From Promethearchaeota archaeon (GTDB lineage Archaea > Asgardarchaeota > Lokiarchaeia > Sigyniarchaeales > SOKP01): a DNA stretch of 64,000 nt. The DNA lies in NCBI GenBank assembly GCA_016839745.1, contig JAEOTS010000122.1, positions 11,977-75,976 on the forward strand, written 5' to 3'. Below, piece after piece: positions 30,102-39,057 of the stretch (the first letter of the stretch is position 1; every line of letters begins with the position of its first letter). A program made the position numbers and the translations under genes. The notes beneath the pieces are model-generated. The model worked only from the letters and a program-made list of their open reading frames with translations. It was not told the DNA's origin and ran no database searches.

Positions 30102-31298
30102 TTATTTTATATGTAATTCGATTATATCATTTTCTTTTAACTCGTAATCTAAACCAACTTTTTTCTTCTCTTGTCTAGCGTCCTTCCGAATAATTGTTGC
30201 GTAATCGAGTGATTCGAGGAAACTTCTGTGGATCTTTATAGCTACATTCCGCACTGTTGGGTGAATATTGTCAATTAATAGTGGTTTTTCAGCCACAACT
30301 CCCTTATGCATTGTATAAACCTTGATTTTTCCTAAAAATTTTAATACAATTTTTCCAAAATCCTCAGGTATTTCCTTTTTGTTTACACTCGTTCCAATTA
30401 CTAATGGAAATTGTTCTGAATAATAATTTTCTAGTTCCAAAAAAGAATTTTTTGTAAGAGATAAGTCTCCCTTGGTCCCTAAGATAATAGATTTTTTGTA
30501 TGTCATGGAAGGATTTAGTGTATCAACGACTTGTTCAAGATTTATCTTCCCAAAAACCTTAACAATGCCATTCCGTATGCCACCTGCTTTAGTTATTTCT
30601 TTAATTCTCTCAGTTAATTCTTCAATGTTTTTATTTTCTTTAGCTTCGCTCGTTAAATAAAATACTTGAATCTTATTAGAACCTGTCTTCTCAATGGTAA
30701 TTGGAGGTGGTGGAACATTAAGGCGTACATGGGATTCCTGTAATTCCTTTAATAGCAAATTCATTTGTTCTTTATAATTACGCGATAAGTCTATGCAAAA
30801 GCATATTAGATCGCAAGCTCTTAATTGAGATATTATTTCTTTACCGTTTCCTATCCCATTTGCAGCCCCCTCCATAATTGAGGGCATATCAACAATTTGA
30901 TAACGAACTTTATTATGTTCATAAATACCAATTTCAGGAAGAGGAGTAAATTTACCTATCTTTTCTTTTGCAGCCCCGGTTAATAAATTCAGAAGGGATG
31001 TTTTCCCAACACCGGGAGAATGATAGTCACTTATTAGAATTAGTTGGATTCCTTCTTTTTTTATTGAAAAAGGACTAACTTGTTTACCCATAGACTTAAT
31101 GCGATTTTTTTGCGCTTCTTGTTCTCTTCTAAGTTTTGCAAGGCGCGATTTGTTTAGGGCGACTATTTTTTCAGTAGCTTTGTGTTTAGGAACTAAGGAT
31201 AGATACTCTTCTAGACGCTTTATCTTTTCATCAATGGTAGTGGCTTCCAAATATTTTTGATATGCTGCTTGCGCTTCTGGTCCTATATTTGAACTCAT
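30102..31298 (-). CDS. DRG/RBG-family (OBG class) GTPase with a TGS domain; G motifs divergent
   Basis: PKHKATE, GVGKTS, DMPSIMEGAA.G.G.G; TGS-like VAIKIHRSF...KVGLDYELKENDIIEL. Confidence 0.82.
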   Translation of the reverse strand: MSSNIGPEAQAAYQKYLEATTIDEKIKRLEEYLSLVPKHKATEKIVALNKSRLAKLRREQEAQKNRIKSMGKQVSPFSIKKEGIQLILISDYHSPGVGKTSLLNLLTGAAKEKIGKFTPLPEIGIYEHNKVRYQIVDMPSIMEGAANGIGNGKEIISQLRACDLICFCIDLSRNYKEQMNLLLKELQESHVRLNVPPPPITIEKTGSNKIQVFYLTSEAKENKNIEELTERIKEITKAGGIRNGIVKVFGKINLEQVVDTLNPSMTYKKSIILGTKGDLSLTKNSFLELENYYSEQFPLVIGTSVNKKEIPEDFGKIVLKFLGKIKVYTMHKGVVAEKPLLIDNIHPTVRNVAIKIHRSFLESLDYATIIRKDARQEKKKVGLDYELKENDIIELHIK

Positions 31299-31326
31299 TA
31301 AAAAAAGCCAACTCTTAAAAAATAAT

Positions 31327-31782
31327 TTAGAAAATCGATCGAAACCTATCTTCTGTTTTTAGTTTTAAATCTCCTATAATTTTATCAATTCTGGCTTCAA
31401 AATTCTTGAAAAATTTTTCTTTTTTCGAAAAAATATCGTTAAGAGAGTATCTATTTAGAAAATGAGAATTAACTTCACTTAACTGTTTTTTGACGATACT
31501 TGAATCCGTTTCTTTCTCAGTTATAGCAAAGGAAATTAATGGCTGCTTATTTAATTCATCGCTTGGTAAAGATATTAAATCGCAATAGCAAACTAGTTTA
31601 AAAGAGGCTAAAGATATAACATTTATATCATCTCCAAACACTTCTGATGTAAAACTTTCGAGTGCAGAGAGAAATCCTGCTCTTAATTCTGGATCTAAAC
31701 CTACTCCTGTATCAGAATCGTAGTATTTTATATTCAAAAGGTTTCGTATACCTAAATTTATGCCAAGTTCTAAAATAGCCAT
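31327..31782 (-). CDS. Small longin/roadblock-like protein
   Basis: LRAGFLSALESFTSEVFG..I..I motif and C-terminal FLNRY..F..FE..ID helix pattern. Confidence 0.6.
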   Translation of the reverse strand: MAILELGINLGIRNLLNIKYYDSDTGVGLDPELRAGFLSALESFTSEVFGDDINVISLASFKLVCYCDLISLPSDELNKQPLISFAITEKETDSSIVKKQLSEVNSHFLNRYSLNDIFSKKEKFFKNFEARIDKIIGDLKLKTEDRFRSIF

Positions 31783-31896
31783 CTTTCAATGTGAGTCAAT
31801 TTTTAATCCTAACCTTATAAGGTTGTAAGTATATTTAATAATTTCACTTTAGATTATTTGTTTTTTTTTGATAAATAATTCGTCATATTAAGAGGA

Positions 31897-32754
31897 TTAC
31901 AGCTTAAAGTGGTTTTTATAGGTAAAGAATGTGTTTTGGAGTAAAAAGCTTACTGTCATCGGTCCAACACCCCCCGGATTTGGAGTAATCCAGGAGCACT
32001 TGTCAAAAACTCCTTGATAATCAACGTCTCCACATGTTTTTCCATTTACTTTACTGATACCCACATCTATTATAACCACACCTTCTTTTATTTTTTCTTT
32101 AGTGATGAAGTTTGGTTGACCGACAGCGGTTATTAAAATGTCTGCATTCATAATGTAATCATTTATATTTACCGTTGATGTGTGACAAATTGATACTGTT
32201 GCGTTTCTTTTTAAAAGCATGAAAAATAATGGTTTTCCAACTAAATTTGATCGGTTTATAATAACAGCATGTTTTCCCTTGATTTCTATATTATAGTACT
32301 CTAGAAGCGCTATAATCCCTTTTGGAGTACAAGGCACGAGATCTTCATTGTAGTCAAACAATTTGCCCCTATTGATTGGATGAAGCCCATCTACATCCTT
32401 TAGAGGACTGATTATTTCATTAAAATCTTTAGTGAAAGGTTTTAATTTTTTTGGAAGAGGTTGTTGCAATATTATCCCATGAATGGTGTTATCTGCGTTT
32501 AACCTTTCAATTTCATTTATTAACGCTTCTTTTGTAATAGCTTGCTTTAAATTTACTAAAATTGATTCAATTCCAATTTCAGTGCACCTTCTTCTTTTTA
32601 TGTTTAAATATAATTCCGACGCAGGATCATTACCAACTAGAACACCCGCTAATTTCGGTTTTACACCAGTTTTTTCTGAAATCAATTTTATTTTCTTTTC
32701 TAATTCAAAATTTAATTTCTGTGATAATTCTTTACCATCTAATATTTTTCCCAT
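31897..32754 (-). CDS. folD: Methylenetetrahydrofolate dehydrogenase/cyclohydrolase
   Basis: ILDGK, KDVDGLHP, PCTPKG, RSNLVGKP, VIIDVGI, TPNPGGVGPMT. Confidence 0.95.
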   Translation of the reverse strand: MGKILDGKELSQKLNFELEKKIKLISEKTGVKPKLAGVLVGNDPASELYLNIKRRRCTEIGIESILVNLKQAITKEALINEIERLNADNTIHGIILQQPLPKKLKPFTKDFNEIISPLKDVDGLHPINRGKLFDYNEDLVPCTPKGIIALLEYYNIEIKGKHAVIINRSNLVGKPLFFMLLKRNATVSICHTSTVNINDYIMNADILITAVGQPNFITKEKIKEGVVIIDVGISKVNGKTCGDVDYQGVFDKCSWITPNPGGVGPMTVSFLLQNTFFTYKNHFKL

Positions 32755-32867
32755 AATAATCTTGACTTTTCAAGTGATAAACTTAATTTTAATCAAATAT
32801 ATGTAAAACAAGGTATTCATTGAAATAAATAAGTATTATTATATGCTTATTAAATGATAAAAAAAGT

Positions 32868-33977
32868 TTAAATTCTTCTCCTACGCAAAATTAAGTAAAC
32901 AACTAATACGATTACTCCTATAACTGTAAGTACAATAATCAAGATTAAAAAATTAAGCTCGACCATGAAAATATCTTCGTTCAATAAATCTAGCGATCCA
33001 AGGATTTGTAAAATTTTGAAAGCAGAATAGGATGTACTAATAGAAGAGAGTCTTTGATTGATATCTTCATTCCAATCACTAAAACCACCATCGAGAAAAC
33101 TTTGATGTTCTAATACCCAATTGGAAGTTGCGACTCTATTTAATTCAGTCTCGTCTATTAATCTAATTCCTTCAACGCAGAGGTATGTACTACTTAATAA
33201 TGGAGTTTTAGCGTATAAATCAGGTAAATAACCACCGTAGTGTTCAAGATTATTAGAGTCTCCGATATAATGTGATTTAAAGTAATTTAAAGTTGCAGTT
33301 TGATTAGCTAAATCATTTATTGAACCTAATTCACTAAATAAATTAACCGCAAAATATGTAGTAGTCAATGTAGATGATAAAGATTGGTTTCCTCCATACC
33401 CTCCGTCTGTATTATTGCACGATAATACCCAAGTTTTATGGATTGTTTCATTTTCAACCGGTTCATCGATTATGGTAAATATATTATATATATAGTAAGT
33501 TGAAGCCATGTTTGCAGCATTAGATATGTTTGTAGGACTAAAGCCACCTCCGATCTGAATGGTGTCATTTATGTACGTATAAATTTGATCACGTAAAACT
33601 GAATTTAAAGAAGTTTCTAGGGATTCCAGCATGTTTAATGTTTCTAAAAGATAGTATATTTGGTAGATATCAATTTCTCCTGTCTCAAACATAGTTCGAA
33701 TTTGTTCTTGTAAGTAAGCCTTTAAACCAGTTATACCAACGCTTCTAATCTCCTCAAATAAGACTTCAATAAGATAAGCATTATAAAAGTCCAAAATTTC
33801 TATTGCGTTAGCTGTGTCTTGGGGTGATATGCCAAAACTTTCGTTTGCTTTTTGATTTTCGTAAATAAAATCGACTAAATGACTCTGACGGGTTTTTGCT
33901 AATGCTATTGGTGTAATACTTAGCATTAAAGTAATTAATAATAAAGCAAATGTTAAATTCCGAACTCTGTTTTTCAA
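32868..33977 (-). CDS. Exported, membrane-anchored prenyltransferase/squalene-cyclase (PFTB) repeat protein
   Basis: Signal peptide; repeated W/Y..s.Q..DGGF/Y...ST.TY.A units; C-terminal TM helix followed by RRRRI. Confidence 0.7.
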   Translation of the reverse strand: MKNRVRNLTFALLLITLMLSITPIALAKTRQSHLVDFIYENQKANESFGISPQDTANAIEILDFYNAYLIEVLFEEIRSVGITGLKAYLQEQIRTMFETGEIDIYQIYYLLETLNMLESLETSLNSVLRDQIYTYINDTIQIGGGFSPTNISNAANMASTYYIYNIFTIIDEPVENETIHKTWVLSCNNTDGGYGGNQSLSSTLTTTYFAVNLFSELGSINDLANQTATLNYFKSHYIGDSNNLEHYGGYLPDLYAKTPLLSSTYLCVEGIRLIDETELNRVATSNWVLEHQSFLDGGFSDWNEDINQRLSSISTSYSAFKILQILGSLDLLNEDIFMVELNFLILIIVLTVIGVIVLVVYLILRRRRI

Positions 33978-34123
33978 TTAAAAAAAAACCCCAATCTGGT
34001 TTTAACTAAATTTTAATTTTTTAAATTTAACGTGTAATTAAAAATTAACGATCTTTTGAGTTTTTAGTTAGATTATCATGTAAACTATAATAAAAATTAG
34101 AAATAAATTGATCAAAGTTTGAT

Positions 34124-35650
34124 CTAAAAAATATCGCTAATATTCTTATATAACGCAGCACTATTGGATTGAAATTCTTCGTGGGTTACAAATAGATTTT
34201 GAAAGCTCGGCAAGCTCCCGAGTATACTAGCGCCATTAAATATAGCAAACTGTAAGTTTTCTGGTACGAAGAATCTTACTACCTCTTCCGATGACTCGTA
34301 AAAACCAGAAAATTCTCTAGCAGGTGGAGTATTCTTAACGATCTCAGGAGGTACCTCTGGTATCTCTGTTAATGGAAAACTTTTTCCACAATAAGGACAA
34401 AAAATCGAATCTTCATCTTCAACTTTCTTTTTGCAATTAGGGCAAATTCTCTTTCCTTTTTCACTTTTAGAATTTGTGCCTAGTTTAATGCTTCCAATTG
34501 AAAGCTCGGGTAAAATCATTCTACCATTACAAGACGGACAGAACTCTTTACCATCAGTTAGATCTACTAACGTACCACAATGTGGACAAGTATCTTCCTT
34601 CTTCTGTGATTTTTCTTTTAATTTCATTTTTTGCCTTTCTTCCCGTGAGGCTTTCACAATCTTAGGTTTTGGTATTTTTCCCAGCTGTGGGATTAATTGT
34701 GCTAGTTCAGATCGTAGTCTCTCTTCAAATCCAGAATATGAAAGATTTCCACCCGATATCATAATATGTGAAAGAAGATCGCTCCAATAATATTTGTCAA
34801 TTCCTTGCAAGCTATTTATAACCGCTTGTGGAATGTTAAGGATATTATACCCTAATAAGTTAGGTTTAAATAATACTTCTGGTGCTTCATGGAAGATATA
34901 ATTTGGTATATTAATATTAGATCCATCTGGCATTGTAAAACTAAAACTATCATCTAACTTTGGAGGGTGTTCAGGATCTAAAGCGAAAAAGCAGTTTTTT
35001 TCTTTGATATCTTTAATTATTTCGTCGACTGCACTTGATTCAATATTAATACCTTCTCTCATAAGTAAATTCTTTAAATGTTGATTTACATCTGTACCAG
35101 CTAAAGTTAATTTTTGCACCGATTGATCAACAATTTCTCCACTCAGAATGGGGCATACCCAAGTGATTCCATCTCCACTCTCTATAACTGTACCAGTTGT
35201 TAACCCTACACTAAATAAAGACAGTATAGGGGTAGGAATCATTATTAAACTTCTGACTTTATGGGTTTCATATAAAACTCGAGCAATATATTCCTTAGTC
35301 TCCCGCTGGACAAACGGAGGTTCAGTGTATAGCACTGGATAATTAGTAAGATTTTCAATTCTTAATAGCGAATAGAAAATATAATTTAAGATTTCATAAT
35401 AATCGTTCCAATCCATTATTGCACCCCGTTCGATAGGGTGTTTTATTTTTAGAACTCCTCGCATTTTTGAAGCGTCTGATCCGATATATATATTTCGGGC
35501 GCCAACATCAACCATTACAGCTTTATATTTTTCAGTACCGGTGATGGTGGGGAAAACAAACCTAGGACTAGGCTCTCCCGCGAAACCTATCTTAGTGTAG
35601 GCTGAACCAATGTCGACGATAATCGGGGTTCCCGGTAATGGTACTGCCAT
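34124..35650 (-). CDS. Actin-related protein with an inserted double zinc ribbon
   Basis: IVDIGSAYTKIGFAGE..PRFVFP, PIERG, LYTEPP, TTGTVIESGDG, IKEK.C, MPDG, APEVLFKP, ISGGN, GASILGSLPSFQ; insertion carries four CxxC pairs. Confidence 0.92.
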   Translation of the reverse strand: MAVPLPGTPIIVDIGSAYTKIGFAGEPSPRFVFPTITGTEKYKAVMVDVGARNIYIGSDASKMRGVLKIKHPIERGAIMDWNDYYEILNYIFYSLLRIENLTNYPVLYTEPPFVQRETKEYIARVLYETHKVRSLIMIPTPILSLFSVGLTTGTVIESGDGITWVCPILSGEIVDQSVQKLTLAGTDVNQHLKNLLMREGINIESSAVDEIIKDIKEKNCFFALDPEHPPKLDDSFSFTMPDGSNINIPNYIFHEAPEVLFKPNLLGYNILNIPQAVINSLQGIDKYYWSDLLSHIMISGGNLSYSGFEERLRSELAQLIPQLGKIPKPKIVKASREERQKMKLKEKSQKKEDTCPHCGTLVDLTDGKEFCPSCNGRMILPELSIGSIKLGTNSKSEKGKRICPNCKKKVEDEDSIFCPYCGKSFPLTEIPEVPPEIVKNTPPAREFSGFYESSEEVVRFFVPENLQFAIFNGASILGSLPSFQNLFVTHEEFQSNSAALYKNISDIF

Positions 35651-35808
35651 GCTTGATCAATTAAATTTTTTAAAGGTTTATGTTCTTTTATATAAATCTC
35701 TAAATTTAAGTATTAGTACAATAATATAATAAAATGATTTTCCTTAATTAAATAATTTTTCCAAAAGAGGAAAGATAAGTTAGAATATTTTAATTACCAA
35801 GATCCATA

Positions 35809-36231
35809 TTAATCGATTTTTAAAGATTTTTCTAGCTTCTTTTCAATTCCTTCTAATTCGGTTAGGAGATTTTTATAAGTTTTCAGTAAATACTTGCCCC
35901 AATCGTTTAGTTTAACCCATCCCCCTCCACCAAGACCTCCTTTTCTAGTTTCTACAGGTGTTTTTCCTGATCTTTCTTTTATTTTATTTAAAATGTTCCA
36001 CGCATATTTGTATGAATAACCGCACTCTTTTGCTGCTTTTGTTAAAGATTTGGGCTCGTTGTTATTAGCGTCATCAATACATTCAAGTAAATTAGCCCAT
36101 CCTGACCCTAAAATATTTTTACGACCCTCATCTTGAAATTCTAGCCAGAATTTGATTCCAAAACTAATTTTACCTTTTAATTTTTCGATATTAGAGTTAT
36201 CCTCCAATTTTTCACTAGAAGGTTCTTCCAT
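35809..36231 (-). CDS. ModE-like winged-helix transcriptional regulator
   Basis: ILGSG..LL..ID, SLTKAAKECGYSYKYAW, RKGG.GGGG..L...GK.LL. Confidence 0.85.
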   Translation of the reverse strand: MEEPSSEKLEDNSNIEKLKGKISFGIKFWLEFQDEGRKNILGSGWANLLECIDDANNNEPKSLTKAAKECGYSYKYAWNILNKIKERSGKTPVETRKGGLGGGGWVKLNDWGKYLLKTYKNLLTELEGIEKKLEKSLKID

Positions 36232-36332
36232 ATTATTTAATTGACTTACTTAATTTTAATTGTTTTTTATAAGAGTAAAGAGAAAAAGATTAAAGTTAAG
36301 TCGATTTTTTTTTTGTAAAATAACTACAATGA

Positions 36333-37091
36333 ATGAAAATGTTTTTTCCTGATACAGAGAATTCAGTAAAATTAGGACGAGAAGTTACTGAAGATATTTA
36401 TCATTTTGAAGAGAACCCGATGTTGGATTGTAATCAGTTTATAATTAACGACAAAAGTACTGGTGAGTTGGCGCTATTTGATTCTGGAAATGGACTTTCT
36501 TTAAAGAGTTTGTTCGAAGGTATGAATAATCTGGGTTTAGATTATAGAAAAATAACTAAAGTATTTCTAACTCACGAACATGTAGATCATGTTCTGGGCT
36601 TGTACCCGCTGATAAAAACTCTAAAAAGTAATCCCCCTGAATTATATGCTTATGGTGAAACAGCGAAAATATTAAGAGAAGGCATTGAATCAAAGATTTT
36701 TCCCGGTAATCTCGGGATCAGTCCAAAAATGTTTGGTTTAGAAATAATTCCTTTAGATGTCAAGATTCTGAATATTCATGAGACAATTAACATCGGTTCA
36801 GAATTCACTTTTAATATTTATTACACTCCAGGTCACTCTCAAGGTTCAATTTGTTATTATGAATCTAATAAAAAAATCTTAATTCCTGGAGATTTAGTAT
36901 TTACGGGAGGGAGTTTTGGAAGATACGATTTTCCAGGGGGATCTCTGGACGCTTTAATTGAATCGATAAAATTTGTTAATAATTTGGATGTCAAATATTT
37001 ACTTCCGGGTCATATGGGGATAAGCGATAACGGAAACCCGCAAATTGACTATTCCTATAAAATGGTTCAGTCAATAAAGAGCTTTTTTTAA
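36333..37091 (+). CDS. MBL-fold metallo-hydrolase (glyoxalase II-like)
   Basis: THEHVDH, TPGHS.GS, GD, PGH. Confidence 0.9.
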   Translation: MKMFFPDTENSVKLGREVTEDIYHFEENPMLDCNQFIINDKSTGELALFDSGNGLSLKSLFEGMNNLGLDYRKITKVFLTHEHVDHVLGLYPLIKTLKSNPPELYAYGETAKILREGIESKIFPGNLGISPKMFGLEIIPLDVKILNIHETINIGSEFTFNIYYTPGHSQGSICYYESNKKILIPGDLVFTGGSFGRYDFPGGSLDALIESIKFVNNLDVKYLLPGHMGISDNGNPQIDYSYKMVQSIKSFF

Positions 37092-37254
37092 TTTTTATTA
37101 ATCAAACACATTTAATTCTATCAGTAGGGATTTTACAAAATCTAATTTCTTTACCCATTTGATATTTAATTGATAAGAACATTTTTTAACCTAAGATTCT
37201 ATATTGAAGTTAATCACTTCATTTAAAATATAAAAAAAGAACAAATTAAAATTT

Positions 37255-37914
37255 GTGATTAAAATGTCTGATAAATCAATAGACGAAGTTTATTTAAGGT
37301 CTTACCCAAAAGTTATATTTTTCTGGCCTATGGCGCTCTTTTCGTTTGTATTATGGCTGTTGCAATTGCTTTACCCTGAACCTCTTGCAATATTCGGTAA
37401 CATCTGGCTTATTGTATTTTTCATTAACATGTTTATCGTTGCTTTCGATTTTAGTAGTACGAAATTTTTCGTTTTAATTCTCGTTGTCGTTGTTGTAGTT
37501 TTACTTCTTGTTTTTCTCGTACCAGGAATGTTTGCTGCTCTTCCAGGAGGAACCTTTAATCCGGGTTTAACAGCAGAATTTTACGTAGTAGTTACTATTA
37601 TAATGGCGTTTATTTTAGGACTCGTTGTTTTGGGATCGAGATTTGATTACTGGAAAATTGAAAGAAACGAAATTTATCATAAAAGCGGAATCTTCTCAAG
37701 CGCAGAAAGAATTCCTACAAAAAGTTTAAGAATCAGGAAATCCATCCCAGATGTGTTTGAATTCTTTATCTTGCGTGCAGGATCAATCACACTTATGCCA
37801 GGCCAAGGCGACGTAATCCCACTTCCTACAGTGCTAAACATAAACAAGAAACAGAAGCAGATTGACTATTTATTGAGCTATGTATCAGTAGAACCGGACG
37901 AACTGGACGGGTAA
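37255..37914 (+). CDS. Four-TM membrane protein with a C-terminal soluble (bPH-like) domain
   Basis: Four hydrophobic helices followed by YWKIERNEIYHKSGIF...AGSITL. The start is likely the ATG at 37264. Confidence 0.6.
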   Translation: MIKMSDKSIDEVYLRSYPKVIFFWPMALFSFVLWLLQLLYPEPLAIFGNIWLIVFFINMFIVAFDFSSTKFFVLILVVVVVVLLLVFLVPGMFAALPGGTFNPGLTAEFYVVVTIIMAFILGLVVLGSRFDYWKIERNEIYHKSGIFSSAERIPTKSLRIRKSIPDVFEFFILRAGSITLMPGQGDVIPLPTVLNINKKQKQIDYLLSYVSVEPDELDG

Positions 37915-38151
37915 TTTAGAGCCAATTGAAATTCAAAGCCTAAGATTAATATGTTTTTTTTCCTTTTTTAAAATCTATATTTTTTTACAAGTTTTTGTTT
38001 TTTGTAAACAACAATAGTTATAAAATGAATATAGTCCAAGCCTCTTTAATACATTAAATCCATCTTTTGTTAAATGATACGCCTCGGCTTTTATAGTTGA
38101 GAAAGATAGCGGATCCATACCTAAATGTTTCCCAAAACCTTCTATGATGTG

Positions 38152-38226
38152 ATAAACAAAAAAAAGAAACAGATTGACAATTTATTGAGCTATGTATCAG
38201 CAAAGCCAGATTAATTAGATTACTAA
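38152..38226 (+). repeat. Diverged copy of the last 75 nt of the upstream gene (37840-37914), with a premature stop
   Basis: Ungapped alignment gives 59/75 identical by hand count; INKKKKQIDNLLSYVSAKPD*LDY* versus INKKQKQIDYLLSYVSVEPDELDG*. Confidence 0.85.
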
Positions 38227-38312
38227 ATTTTATAAGAAGAAAGTAAAAATAATTATTTTTTTTTTTGATTTTCATTAGATTTAAGAAGTAAACTATATTT
38301 TAAGTAATACTG

Positions 38313-39038
38313 ATGACACATCCTCTAATTTTATTATTCGACTTTGATGGTGTAGTAATTACTCAACGAGCGCTTGAGTTTACTGCTTTATTGTACTTGA
38401 AAAAAGGATTCTATAATTGGAAAAACACCAAACAATTGAGATTAATTGATATTGCAAGACTTTTTGAGGAAGCAGATTCGAGTAACAGATTGAAAGCATT
38501 TTTTAATGTTTATCGTGTATATAAAAATTACATCCCTAATCGATGGAAGCGGATTTTATTTTTTATCAAATTTAGAAGAACTTTTCCTAAATACGAAAAA
38601 TATGAGACTCTGAAACCTAACTTGGAGGGCATTCTAAAAGAATTAAAAAAACGGGGAGTCATTTTTGGAATTGTTTCAAATACAAGTGGAGAAAGATTAG
38701 AGCTATTTAGAAATAGATTAAATTTAGATGATTTTTTTTCTGTTTTTATTTCCCGTGACGATACAGCAATAAGAAAACCTCATGGATATCCTGTTATAGT
38801 TGCGTTAAGGCAAATTAAACAGATTTTAAAAGTTCCTATAGATAAGGACAAGGTGTATCTAATAGGAGACCTTCCTACAGATATTGAGTGTGCAATCAAC
38901 GCAGGAGTGAAAAGTATTGCATTACTTTCAGGTCATGGTACTAAAATTGATTTGGAAATGGCTAATCCAAGCATTGTTCTTCAAGAAATTAAGGATATTT
39001 TAGAAGTTGACCCTTTCAAAAAATTATTATTGGACTAA
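38313..39038 (+). CDS. HAD-family hydrolase (phosphoglycolate phosphatase-like)
   Basis: FDFDGV, VSN, RKP, IGDLPTD. Confidence 0.88.
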   Translation: MTHPLILLFDFDGVVITQRALEFTALLYLKKGFYNWKNTKQLRLIDIARLFEEADSSNRLKAFFNVYRVYKNYIPNRWKRILFFIKFRRTFPKYEKYETLKPNLEGILKELKKRGVIFGIVSNTSGERLELFRNRLNLDDFFSVFISRDDTAIRKPHGYPVIVALRQIKQILKVPIDKDKVYLIGDLPTDIECAINAGVKSIALLSGHGTKIDLEMANPSIVLQEIKDILEVDPFKKLLLD

Positions 39039-39057
39039 ACATTAAATTTCGTTAACA

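Noticed and set aside
37840-38226. Diversity-generating retroelement VR/TR pair
   Set aside because: Only about half of the mismatches are adenines in the putative template, there is no reverse transcriptase in the window, and the target is not C-type-lectin-like.
38054-38275. 73-aa minus-strand ORF
   Set aside because: Antisense to the duplicated fragment, low complexity, no protein-like features.
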